From: a virus
Lineage: Duplodnaviria; Caudoviricetes
Length of the DNA: 64,000 nucleotides
IMG/VR virus record: IMGVR_UViG_3300031992_000022
Location: 1-64,000 of that record
Reading direction: 5' to 3' (one strand)
The notes under the pieces: generated by a model
Database searches by the model: none
The model's input: only the letters and a program-made list of their open reading frames with translations
What the model was told of the DNA's origin: nothing
In this document: piece by piece, positions 32,813-41,513 of the stretch
How positions within the stretch are numbered: position 1 is the first letter of the stretch
Layout of the letters: each line of letters starts with the position of its first letter
Made by a program: the position numbers and the translations under genes

Positions 32813-33271
32813 TTATATTTTATTAATTAATAATAAAGCATTAATTTCATCAATTAATTTATCAATTTTATTTTTACGTATTATATATTCTTCTGGCGTA
32901 ATATGCTCTTCAAACCAATTATACATTTCATTTTTAAATTTTAATAACTGTTCATATATATGCTTTGCTAATAGTTGATATCCAAAATCATCTATTATAT
33001 AAAAAAATTTATTAATATTATATATATATGTATCATGCTTTCCAGCAGATATTACAGTATATTGATCTTCACCATCTAAAGTTAAACAAAATGGTAAATT
33101 TTCACTAATAGCAAATTTTAATGTTTTTAACCATTCAAGCGGAATATCTTGATCAAGATAGCTACCAAATATTTTTAAATCATCAATCTTAATAGTTATC
33201 CATCCATTTTGAATAGACTTAATCCATATTGGCAGTTCTCGCATTGCTGACATAATTATTCTCCTTGCCAT
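32813..33271 (-). CDS. Hypothetical protein, paralog of 31903-32799
   Basis: IPLEWLKT...NLPFCLTLDGE. Confidence 0.6.
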   Translation of the reverse strand: MARRIIMSAMRELPIWIKSIQNGWITIKIDDLKIFGSYLDQDIPLEWLKTLKFAISENLPFCLTLDGEDQYTVISAGKHDTYIYNINKFFYIIDDFGYQLLAKHIYEQLLKFKNEMYNWFEEHITPEEYIIRKNKIDKLIDEINALLLINKI

Positions 33272-33744
33272 AAAATTGTTTTATTTTGCCGCAACGATTC
33301 TAATGCACATATTAGCCGTTGGTTAGAAGATCCTCTAAAAGCTAAAGAAGTATCTCTTAATTTATCAATATATAATCCATCTATTAACACATCAATATAT
33401 TGCAAATGCTCTTTATATTCTTGTAATAAATATTCATAAATAAATCCGGTATATACCCAAATATTAATATTATGTTCTTTTAATTTTTTTAATAAATTTA
33501 AAAGTTCTTCTGACTGATAAAAAGGATCTCCTCCTGATAAAGTAATTCCATTTTGTAATTTTTGCTTTAAATAAAAATTAACTATATTATCTACAGGCAT
33601 TAATATATTATTATGAAAAGAATGCGTTTGCGGATTATGGCAATTATAACAATTATGATTACATCCTTGAAACCAAATAACTGTACGTACACCTTCTCCA
33701 TCTACAATAGAATCAATTTGAGGATAAGCTGCCAAATTAATCAT
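33256..33744 (-). CDS. nrdG: Anaerobic ribonucleotide reductase activase (radical SAM)
   Basis: SIVDGEGVR, CxxxCxxC (CNHNCYNC), GITLSGGDP, DVLIDG, FRGSSNQR. Confidence 0.95.
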   Translation of the reverse strand: MINLAAYPQIDSIVDGEGVRTVIWFQGCNHNCYNCHNPQTHSFHNNILMPVDNIVNFYLKQKLQNGITLSGGDPFYQSEELLNLLKKLKEHNINIWVYTGFIYEYLLQEYKEHLQYIDVLIDGLYIDKLRDTSLAFRGSSNQRLICALESLRQNKTILWQGE

Positions 33745-34011
33745 TGAATATGCTCCTTAAACTGTTTTTATAATATTTTTAATTTACCTTTTTGATATTG
33801 CAAAACAAAATCAATTATTTTTTTAAATAAAGATTTTCGTATCTACCACTTATGCTTATTAAGAATATAACTAAATAAAACATAAAAATATAAATTTTTT
33901 AATCTTACATCATCAATATTTATTAAATTATTAATTTTTTTTCAGTAATATTAATAATGTAGAAGCTAAATTATATTTTTTTATAATTATTATTCATTTT
34001 TTTTAATATTT

Positions 34012-34509
34012 TTATAAAATAGTTAATAAATATAAAGATCCCAATTTATTTAATAAATTATCGCAATATGTTAAAAAATTATTATCAGATGAATATTCAA
34101 TACAATTACTTAATATTGATTTTTTAAGTTCAATAAATGAAGTATCAGGTTCATATAATATATTACATTCCCATTTTATATTATATAAACATATTTCAGC
34201 CAATATATTTTTATTAAATTCTAATTCTAACATACAATATTCAGTTATAGGAATTATTAATCGCTTTATATAAATATCATTAATATCAACAATATTTTCG
34301 TCAATACGAAATATTTGATTAGTTAAATAATATGAATAAAAAAATACATTCTCATCTTTTTTAATATTATTAAAACTTAAAGAATAACAAACTTTATAAT
34401 AATAAATATGAAAATATTTATCTCGCTCAGCATATTGATTCAATTCGTCATATGTATTAATCAAATGATAATTATTATTAATTAATTTTTCATATGAAAT
34501 ATATAACAT
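34012..34509 (-). CDS. Hypothetical protein
   Basis: ORF track; SD AAAGGT. Confidence 0.5.
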   Translation of the reverse strand: MLYISYEKLINNNYHLINTYDELNQYAERDKYFHIYYYKVCYSLSFNNIKKDENVFFYSYYLTNQIFRIDENIVDINDIYIKRLIIPITEYCMLELEFNKNILAEICLYNIKWECNILYEPDTSFIELKKSILSNCIEYSSDNNFLTYCDNLLNKLGSLYLLTIL

Positions 34510-34536
34510 ATTTTTTATACCTTTCTTAATTAAAAT

Positions 34537-34992
34537 TTATACTTTACTTAATAAAATTTGAGAATTAATATAATTAATTATATCATTTAGCCAGCATTTA
34601 TTTATATTAATATATTTATCAATTAATAAATTATAAATTTTTTCTATATTAAATTTATTATAGTCATTAATAAATATATTACAGCCAATTTTATTATATT
34701 CTTTGATATTAAATATATAACAATTATCTTTGATAAATTGTAAATAATATTTATCTAAATTATATATATATAAATATTTATATATTTTTACTGAATTATT
34801 ATTAAGTAAATATTTTCCTTGAACTCGGTGTAAAATATTATACTTATTACCTATCCATTGATTATTAATATAATCATAAATTTCATAATGCCAAACTCGA
34901 TTATCACTTCTAATCCAAGGATTTTTTAAAAATTCATTATATTCATTTATATTAATTAATTTTTTAATATCTTCAAAATCATATATAGTCAT
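34537..34992 (-). CDS. Hypothetical protein
   Basis: SD GAGGTG. Confidence 0.5.
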   Translation of the reverse strand: MTIYDFEDIKKLININEYNEFLKNPWIRSDNRVWHYEIYDYINNQWIGNKYNILHRVQGKYLLNNNSVKIYKYLYIYNLDKYYLQFIKDNCYIFNIKEYNKIGCNIFINDYNKFNIEKIYNLLIDKYININKCWLNDIINYINSQILLSKV

Positions 34993-35033
34993 TACTACAC
35001 CTCATAAAAAAGGAAAAAAGACTTAAACATTAT

Positions 35034-35696
35034 TTAAGTCTTATGCAATAATCGTTTAGCAATGCGTTGTAATTTTTTTAAATCTTTAAAATTGTCTTCA
35101 TCAGCAACTAAATCGCCAACATATATTTTAATAAATCCGGCTTGTTTTAAGGCATCTTTTACAAGAGTACTATTTATTCTATTAGAAACAGCATTTAAAT
35201 CAATAATTGCTACTTTTCCTGCGCAAATATGGCCAAAAGCTAATGCGCCTACAGATTTTATTGTACGTTTACTTGGTATATCATATGATTCTCCCCGAAA
35301 ACCTTTGATTTTTGCTAACAATTTAGGATCACTCGTAACAGCATAAGCTAAATGATTATGAGTTACCCACCATTCTTGCCCAGGTGGATTGTATAAAGTA
35401 TATACTTTACCATTATAATAAATCCATACACCATCTCTTTCATTTTCAGGTGTTTCACCCATATTTATTTTATCTTTTACTTCATCATGTAAAGACTGTA
35501 ATTCACTAGGTTTTACATCATTAAATTTAGCATCAGTATATAATTTATTATAATTTTCATCATTTTCATTAGCATATTCGGGCCTATACATTTTAAATCG
35601 ATTAACACCGGTATCTGTAACTTGAACATTTTCTTTTGCATAATTAGTATATTTCTTTAAAAGTTCATCATTATTTGCATATAATAAACGTGACAA
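35034..35696 (-). CDS. Hypothetical protein (distant paralog of 36692-37606)
   Basis: IYYNGKV...H...ALAFGH resembles LLINNEI...H...IALGH; the two genes share an upstream cassette. Confidence 0.6.
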   Translation of the reverse strand: MSRLLYANNDELLKKYTNYAKENVQVTDTGVNRFKMYRPEYANENDENYNKLYTDAKFNDVKPSELQSLHDEVKDKINMGETPENERDGVWIYYNGKVYTLYNPPGQEWWVTHNHLAYAVTSDPKLLAKIKGFRGESYDIPSKRTIKSVGALAFGHICAGKVAIIDLNAVSNRINSTLVKDALKQAGFIKIYVGDLVADEDNFKDLKKLQRIAKRLLHKT

Positions 35697-35712
35697 ATAT
35701 TTTTCACCTTCT

Positions 35713-35780
35713 TTATAAAAAAATAATATAATAATAAATAAAAAATAAAGGCTTAGGTTTTTATTTTAAGCCTTTATTTT
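35713..35780 (-). repeat. Terminator plus putative promoter cassette, copy 1 (copy 2 at 37628-37693)
   Basis: TAAAAAATAATATA..AATAAATAAAAAATAAAGGCT..G.TTTTTATT.TAAGCCTTTAT occurs at both loci. Confidence 0.75.
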
Positions 35781-35801
35781 AAAGGTTTTTATATATAAAT
35801 A

Positions 35802-35876
35802 TTAAGCATGTGTTACACGATCTTTTAATTCACAACGCTTAGCATTATTCCATCTGTCTACCGTACCTGTTAAATA
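35802..35876 (-). CDS. nrdD: Stand-alone NrdD glycyl-radical subunit, exon 2
   Basis: YLTGTVDRWNNAKRCELKDRVTHA*, the canonical NrdD C-terminus; missed by the ORF track. Confidence 0.9.
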   Translation of the reverse strand, partial: YLTGTVDRWNNAKRCELKDRVTHA

Positions 35877-36342
35877 CAAATTTATTAATTTAATATTAGA
35901 TATTAACTATTTATTTCTAAATAGTTTAGTATATATCTTTTATTTAGATAACATATAATTTTTTATTTTGACTGAATATCAATACAAATTTTTCCATTAG
36001 CAATATATTGATTATCTATCCACCAATGTTCGTCAAATATTGCTAATTTTTCTAATGCTTGTTCTAATGAATAATCTGTTATAATCAGTAACATTAATTG
36101 ATCATCTATATATTCTAAACGTAAATATGCATAATCAAAATAATCATTAATTTTATTAATTATAATATTTAATATTTCATTTAAACAATTATCATTTAAA
36201 TATTGCTGAATGCTTTTATTAATAATCATGAATTATTATCCTTTAATTATATTAATATACGTTGATATATTTATTAATAAATATATTCTAATTAACTATT
36301 ATAGTTTTCTTAGAAAAAAATATAATACCAAGCTAATTATTA
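35877..36342 (-). ncRNA. Group I intron (466 nt) directly after the radical glycine codon, carrying an 88-aa ORF
   Basis: CAGGU|UAAUAAUUA-GCUUG P1; P4 UUCUAA/UUAGAA; P7 ACGUAUA/UAUACU; ends AAUUUG. The join gives RRITG|YLTG. Confidence 0.9.
35963..36229 (-). CDS. Intron-encoded 88-aa protein with no recognisable nuclease motif
   Basis: SD AAAGGA; lies between the two P7 strands; EQALEKLAIFDEHWW motif. Confidence 0.65.
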   Translation of the reverse strand: MIINKSIQQYLNDNCLNEILNIIINKINDYFDYAYLRLEYIDDQLMLLIITDYSLEQALEKLAIFDEHWWIDNQYIANGKICIDIQSK

Positions 36343-36579
36343 ACCTGTAATACGACGAATTCTACCAATTTTAGGTTGATCTTCATCATTATATTCTACA
36401 TCAAAAGTCGTACCTTGTTCAGTTTTCGTTACAATAATTTTACTAATTACAGCTACATCAATATCTTTATGTTCTTCAGCATAATTAATTGCAGCTTTAG
36501 CCATAACATCTGTAATTGTATCTTCTTCATTAAAATCTTTAAATACTACAGTAATATGGTCAATGGTAAATTTTTTCAT
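36343..36579 (-). CDS. nrdD: Stand-alone NrdD glycyl-radical subunit, exon 1
   Basis: SD GGAGG, ATG at 36579; ends RIRRITG. Spliced length 103 aa. Confidence 0.85.
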
Positions 36580-36691
36580 ATAAAATATAACCTCCACAAA
36601 AAATTTTTATTTTAATATAAAATAAAAATTAAAATAAACAAAAAATAATAATTAGATAATTAATCTAATCAATATTATAATGTATATTTAA

Positions 36692-37606
36692 TTAATATTG
36701 TAATGTATATCTATCGTTTAATTGTAAATAATTATTTATATTATTTTCTTGAAAATATTCATTAGTCGCTAATATTGCATCTTGTATTGCGTAATAAATA
36801 TTTTTTGCTACATCTTCATCTGCAATATTAGTATTAGTTAATATTAAATTTATTTTTAATACAAATGAATTATAATTAGTAATATAATCAATATTGCAAT
36901 CTTGAAAACCACGTATAAATGCTAATTCTGTAAGTAAATTAGCATTAAAAATACTTGTTTTTAAGGGTGTTAAATATGAAAAATTTAATACATTAATATT
37001 AGTAACCAACCATGAATGTTCAATATCCATTTTTAAATTTTTATTAGGTGTATATAAAACTTGATCTGTTTCATCATCAATAACAATTGCATTAGGAAAT
37101 TTATTAACAATACATTGCATTACATTATTAAATGTCATATTAGTAATAGATGGCATTATTAATGCGACTTTTTCTTTTCCCTGAATATTTTTTATATAAT
37201 GTCCTAATGCTATTGGTATTTTCGTAAATGTTAAATTTCTTGTGCCATATTCCCATATAGCTTCTTTCAATTGTGTATTAAAATATTCATGTTTTTCCAT
37301 TAATCTAACTTGTTGTAAAGCCATTCGCTCAATTCGCTCATTAGATAATTTATCTTTATAATAAGTAAAATAATATTCAAAAACGAATTGTTTTAATAAA
37401 TTATGTTTTTTTAAATATTTAAATAATGCTGCAGGATGATTATCTGCTAAAATAATTTCATTATTAATTAATAATATAGCTTGATTTCGATTATTTACAC
37501 CATGTAAAGCAATATGCTTTAATAAAGCTATTTTCTGTACTGCTGCTATTCTCTGAGTATTTATACTTTTTTGTATTAATGCAATACGTTTTAAAATTCT
37601 ATTCAT
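36692..37606 (-). CDS. Hypothetical protein lying between the nrdD body and the glycyl-radical subunit gene
   Basis: 304-aa ORF with its own upstream cassette. Confidence 0.7.
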   Translation of the reverse strand: MNRILKRIALIQKSINTQRIAAVQKIALLKHIALHGVNNRNQAILLINNEIILADNHPAALFKYLKKHNLLKQFVFEYYFTYYKDKLSNERIERMALQQVRLMEKHEYFNTQLKEAIWEYGTRNLTFTKIPIALGHYIKNIQGKEKVALIMPSITNMTFNNVMQCIVNKFPNAIVIDDETDQVLYTPNKNLKMDIEHSWLVTNINVLNFSYLTPLKTSIFNANLLTELAFIRGFQDCNIDYITNYNSFVLKINLILTNTNIADEDVAKNIYYAIQDAILATNEYFQENNINNYLQLNDRYTLQY

Positions 37607-37627
37607 GCCAACACTTCCATTTTTATT

Positions 37628-37693
37628 ATATAAAAAAAATAATATAGTAATAAATAAAAAAATAAAGGCTAGATTTTTATTGTAAGCCTTTAT
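37628..37693 (-). repeat. Terminator plus putative promoter cassette, copy 2
   Basis: Near-identical to 35713-35780. Confidence 0.75.
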
Positions 37694-37705
37694 AAAAAAT
37701 ATATA

Positions 37706-38122
37706 TTATTTTATATCTAAGTTAAAATCTACTTCATAATGTTGATTATCTACATGTTCATGATATCCACAAATTGGACAAGCTTTATTAATAAAAGATG
37801 CTTGTTTACACGCTGGACAATAATCAGCAGACTTAGTATTAATAGCAAAATAATTCATTTGACTATCATGCATAGCTCTGATTATTTGTTCAAAAGCTTT
37901 TAAATTTTTTGTAGCGTCGCCATCAAATTCTATATATGAAATTATACCAGCATTACATAATGCATGATATGGAGCTTCTATTTTTATTTTATCAGCAAAA
38001 GAAATTTGATAATTAACAGGAACATGAGAAGAATTAGTAAAATATTCTTTATCAGTTACGCCTATAATATTACCATATTTCTTTCGCGTTAATTTACATA
38101 ATCGTCCAGCACAACTTTCTGC
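37706..38122 (-). CDS. nrdD: Class III RNR large subunit, exon 7
   Basis: AESCAGRL...YFTNSSHVPV...CPAC...CPICG Zn site; stops before the glycyl-radical motif. Confidence 0.9.
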   Translation of the reverse strand, partial: AESCAGRLCKLTRKKYGNIIGVTDKEYFTNSSHVPVNYQISFADKIKIEAPYHALCNAGIISYIEFDGDATKNLKAFEQIIRAMHDSQMNYFAINTKSADYCPACKQASFINKACPICGYHEHVDNQHYEVDFNLDIK

Positions 38123-38456
38123 CATATATACCGCTATTTTCATAGTATTTATCTAAAAAATTCTTATTTAATAAATTTATGGCGGATTAGACTATCTCTT
38201 TACCTATAAAAGTAATTAATATTTCATATATAATATTTCAATTATATATTACTTAATTAGTCGTTACACTTTAATATATATATTAAAGCACGGTATTACC
38301 AGCTATCTTTATATCAAAGACCTTAGGTTCTCTTAGAAAGCTTATTCATCTATATAACATATATAAATTTATTCACTTTTACCGTTAGCATATATTATTT
38401 ATAATTAATATATACACCTTAGATTTCTAAGTTAATTAATTTAAGTCCCACATTTT
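38123..38456 (-). ncRNA. Group I intron nrdD-I6 (334 nt)
   Basis: P1 AGUCCU|AAAAUGU-GGGACU; P4 AACGGUA/UACCGUG; P7 ACGACUA/UAGUCU; join SSP|AES. Confidence 0.9.
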
Positions 38457-38933
38457 AGGACTCGAAAAAGTAGACCAATTTAATTTTTCCTCATTAATAT
38501 ATTTATCAGTCATTGCACGTAAATGACTAATAATTAAATATCCTAATTGTTGCGCTTTTTGAGACTGTCCGTGATGTTCGCCTATTAATGCAGTTAAACA
38601 TTCAGCCAATCCAACAAAGCCAATAGATAATGATGCATGTTTTAATACTGATTCAATTGTATCACTTGGTTTTAATTTATCACTATCCATATAAACATGT
38701 TGTTCCATTAAAAACGGAAAATTATATACATGTTTTTGACAAATAACATAAAATCTATCTAATAAATAATCATGTGCTAATTGAATATATTTATCAAATA
38801 ATTCAAAAAATTTACTAACATCTTTATTAGCTTCTATAGCTAGCATAGGTAAATTAATTGTAGTAAAAGCAAAATTTCCTCGAGATCCACTTTCTTCTGG
38901 ACCATTAACATTACCCATAACTCTTGTTCTACA
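38457..38933 (-). CDS. nrdD: Class III RNR large subunit, exon 6
   Basis: CRTRV...GRGNF-like SRGNFAFTTINLP, SIGFVGLAECL. Confidence 0.92.
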
Positions 38934-39253
38934 CAATTATATATTTAATTGGACTATATATTATATATTGTGAATAAATATATAATTTTATTCAATTTGT
39001 ATAAAATTTACATAAATTAGCCTCTAAATTAATTTTTGTAAAAATTCATAAAATTGAATTTCCATATTATTACCATATCCATATATATGATGAAATTTTT
39101 TATAACATATTTTACATAATACGTTTTTTTCAATTTTATAATTTCATTACAAAAATTAATAATTAATCATTTATAATTAATTATATAAAATTATTAATTA
39201 TAAATTTTCTAATTAATTATAATTTTTTATATGGGCTATAGATTCTATAGTTA
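38934..39253 (-). ncRNA. Group I intron nrdD-I5 (320 nt)
   Basis: P1 AUGGGU|UAA...GCCCAU; P7 GAGGCUA/UAGUCC; ends AAUUG; join MG|CR. Confidence 0.9.
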
Positions 39254-39439
39254 ACCCATTGTAGCACATAAAGATTGAATATTCCCGGGATGATAATATT
39301 GTGCATTATATGGAGCATCTTCATTCATATAAGTTGGAAATAATCTTTTTGCCGAGCATTTTAAAGCTAATTGAAATAAATCATAATTTTTATCTTGCTG
39401 ATTATAATTAAATCCAGATTTTAATTGGAACACAACTAT
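39254..39439 (-). CDS. nrdD: Class III RNR large subunit, exon 5
   Basis: IVVFQLKSGFNY...NYDLFQLALKCSAKRLFPTY...ATMG. Confidence 0.9.
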
Positions 39440-39818
39440 CTTTTATACCGTCATTTTCATGATATTTATTTAAGAAAAAATTTTCTTAACGGAATAGACT
39501 ATCTCTTTATCCTTATTATTAATTTTAAAGATATTTAGTATTTCATATATAATATCTCAATTATATATTACTTAATTAGTCGTTACATTATATATTTATT
39601 ATATTAATTAAATATTTATAAATTTCCATCCTTTATATAATAAATTAAACACGGTATTACCAGCTATCTTTATATCAAAGACCTTAGGCTCTCTTAGAAA
39701 GCTTATTCATCTATATAACATATATAGATTTATTCACTTTTACCGTTAGCATATATATTGAAAATATATACACACCTTAGATTTCTAAGTTAACTAAATT
39801 TATAATTTTCCCCAATTA
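39440..39818 (-). ncRNA. Group I intron nrdD-I4 (379 nt)
   Basis: P1 UUUCCU|UAAUUG-GGGAAA; P7 ACGACUA/UAGUCU; join IFP|IVVF. Confidence 0.9.
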
Positions 39819-39936
39819 AGGAAAGATACTCGTTTCATGTCTACCTAAACCATCATATATAGCATTTAATAAGCATCTTGTGACTAATCTACCTTCTTCA
39901 GATGTATCACATCCAAGATTTATGGAAGAAAATGGT
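39819..39936 (-). CDS. nrdD: Class III RNR large subunit, exon 4
   Basis: PFSSINLGCDTSEEGRLV...GLGRHETSIFP; missed by the ORF track. Confidence 0.9.
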
Positions 39937-40150
39937 CAATTATATTATTTATAAATTTGTAATTTTATATTTAAATATTACTATTCAAATTGGTATATCT
40001 CTTTATCATTATATAAAATTTATATACTCTATAATTTAATCAATATTTAATTAATTAAATTTTGATATTCATATATGCTAAATATTGCTAATAATAATTT
40101 TAGACATACATTATTCACCAAATTAATTTTAATATCAAGCATAATTATTT
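39937..40150 (-). ncRNA. Group I intron nrdD-I3 (214 nt, variant P7)
   Basis: P1 UCAAGU|AAAUAAUUAU-GCUUGA; P7 GAGUAUA/UAUACC; ends AAUUG; the join GT|A gives QVPFSS. Confidence 0.85.
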
Positions 40151-40174
40151 ACTTGACTACCAGCTCTGCTATTT
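40151..40174 (-). CDS. nrdD: Class III RNR large subunit, exon 3 (24-nt micro-exon)
   Basis: Encodes (L)NSRAGSQ(V), the conserved SRAGxQ motif. Confidence 0.9.
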
Positions 40175-41160
40175 CTATCGAGTTTATAATTTCTTATAAT
40201 ATTTTACTCGATATAGACTATATTATATTTTTCAATTTTAGTATTTCATATATAATATCTCAATTATATATTACTAAATTAGTCGTTACACATTTATTAT
40301 TTTTTAATATTTATTTATTATTTATCTCCTATAATTAATCTTTTTTCCATTTCCATAAAAAACCATATACCGGTCTATTATTATTTGCAGCTTTTGTTAA
40401 TGTCGCACTAGAATATCCATATTTTTTTACTACCGCATTTTTAGATAAAAATGATTCTAAATATTCATTAGATAATGAATATTTATATATAGGTTGACCT
40501 TGCGTTAATATATTATGTAATGCTGTTTTTTGCCAACCCTTACGCTTATTATCAGTAACCTTCATTAATCCTAATTTATAAGCATGTTTATAATTTTCTG
40601 AACATGTTACCATTTCTAAATTAGTTACAGCATTATTTAATTTATTACCATCAATATGATTAACCTGTAATTTCTCTGAATAATTATCTAAAAAGCTTTC
40701 TGCAACTAATCGATGTACTAATTTACTATAACGTATATCATTTACTATAAGATCCACTTTTAAATAACCTTTATTATTTTTACCGGGTTGTAATATTTTT
40801 TCACGTATTGAATAATTATTTTTACCATAACGTTGATTAGAACGTATATTACCATAATTAGATACTGAATAACAATTATTTGTATTAGGTATAAATTTCC
40901 AAATTTCCATTTTTACTTTTTATTTCAAATTATAATAAATAATATTAAAAAATAAACTTAGCACGGTATTACCAGCTAACCTGTTATACAGGTCCTTAGG
41001 CTCTCTTAGAAAGCTTATTCATCTATATAACATATATAGATTTATTCACTTTTACCGTTAGCATATATTATTTTATAATTAATATACACACCTTAGATTT
41101 CTAAGTTAGCTAAATTTTCATAATAAACTATTTTATTAATTTATTATGCTTCCAAATTCG
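40175..41160 (-). ncRNA. Group I intron nrdD-I2 (986 nt) with HNH ORF
   Basis: P1 CUUU|CGAAUUUG-GAAG; P4 AACGGUA/UACCGUG; P7 ACGACUA/UAGUCU; frame restored. Confidence 0.88.
40335..40910 (-). CDS. Intron-encoded NUMOD4-HNH homing endonuclease (I-HmuI-like)
   Basis: EIWKFI...[11 protein letters not shown] (NUMOD4); VHRLVA...[11 protein letters not shown]...NLE (HNH); C-terminal YGFLWKW (NUMOD1-like). Confidence 0.92.
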   Translation of the reverse strand: MEIWKFIPNTNNCYSVSNYGNIRSNQRYGKNNYSIREKILQPGKNNKGYLKVDLIVNDIRYSKLVHRLVAESFLDNYSEKLQVNHIDGNKLNNAVTNLEMVTCSENYKHAYKLGLMKVTDNKRKGWQKTALHNILTQGQPIYKYSLSNEYLESFLSKNAVVKKYGYSSATLTKAANNNRPVYGFLWKWKKD

Positions 41161-41513
41161 AAAGAATTCATATTATGCACGAAACCTTCCATTGCTTGAT
41201 AAGTTTCATCTTCTACATCTTCCATAGATTGTTGGTATGCAAATATTAATGCTTTTTTTACTGCTTTAGGTGACATTAAATCATCATCATTATGAGTTAT
41301 AAATTCATCAATAAACTCATCTAAGCTTTCTTGATTATTATATTTTGGCAATTTATCTTTTACATCATATCCAATATATTCAATTAATTCATTAAATATA
41401 TCAGAATCTTTTAACATTATTTTTTGTGCAATTTTTAAATTCTTTTTAAATGCTTTTAAAAATGATTTTTGTACACCTGGAGCCATATAAAAATCAAATA
41501 AATTAATTGATTG
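41161..41513 (-). CDS. nrdD: Class III RNR large subunit, exon 2
   Basis: QSINLFDFYMAPGVQKSF...TYQAMEGFVHNMNS. Confidence 0.9.

Noticed and set aside
40075-40338. 87-aa plus-strand ORF (also 26418-26606)
   Set aside because: Antisense to intron RNA and the nrdD micro-exon; no SD or protein motif.
38289-41108. Dispersed repeat as an IS or MITE
   Set aside because: No terminal inverted repeats or target duplications; each copy lies within intron boundaries and contains P4-P5 elements.
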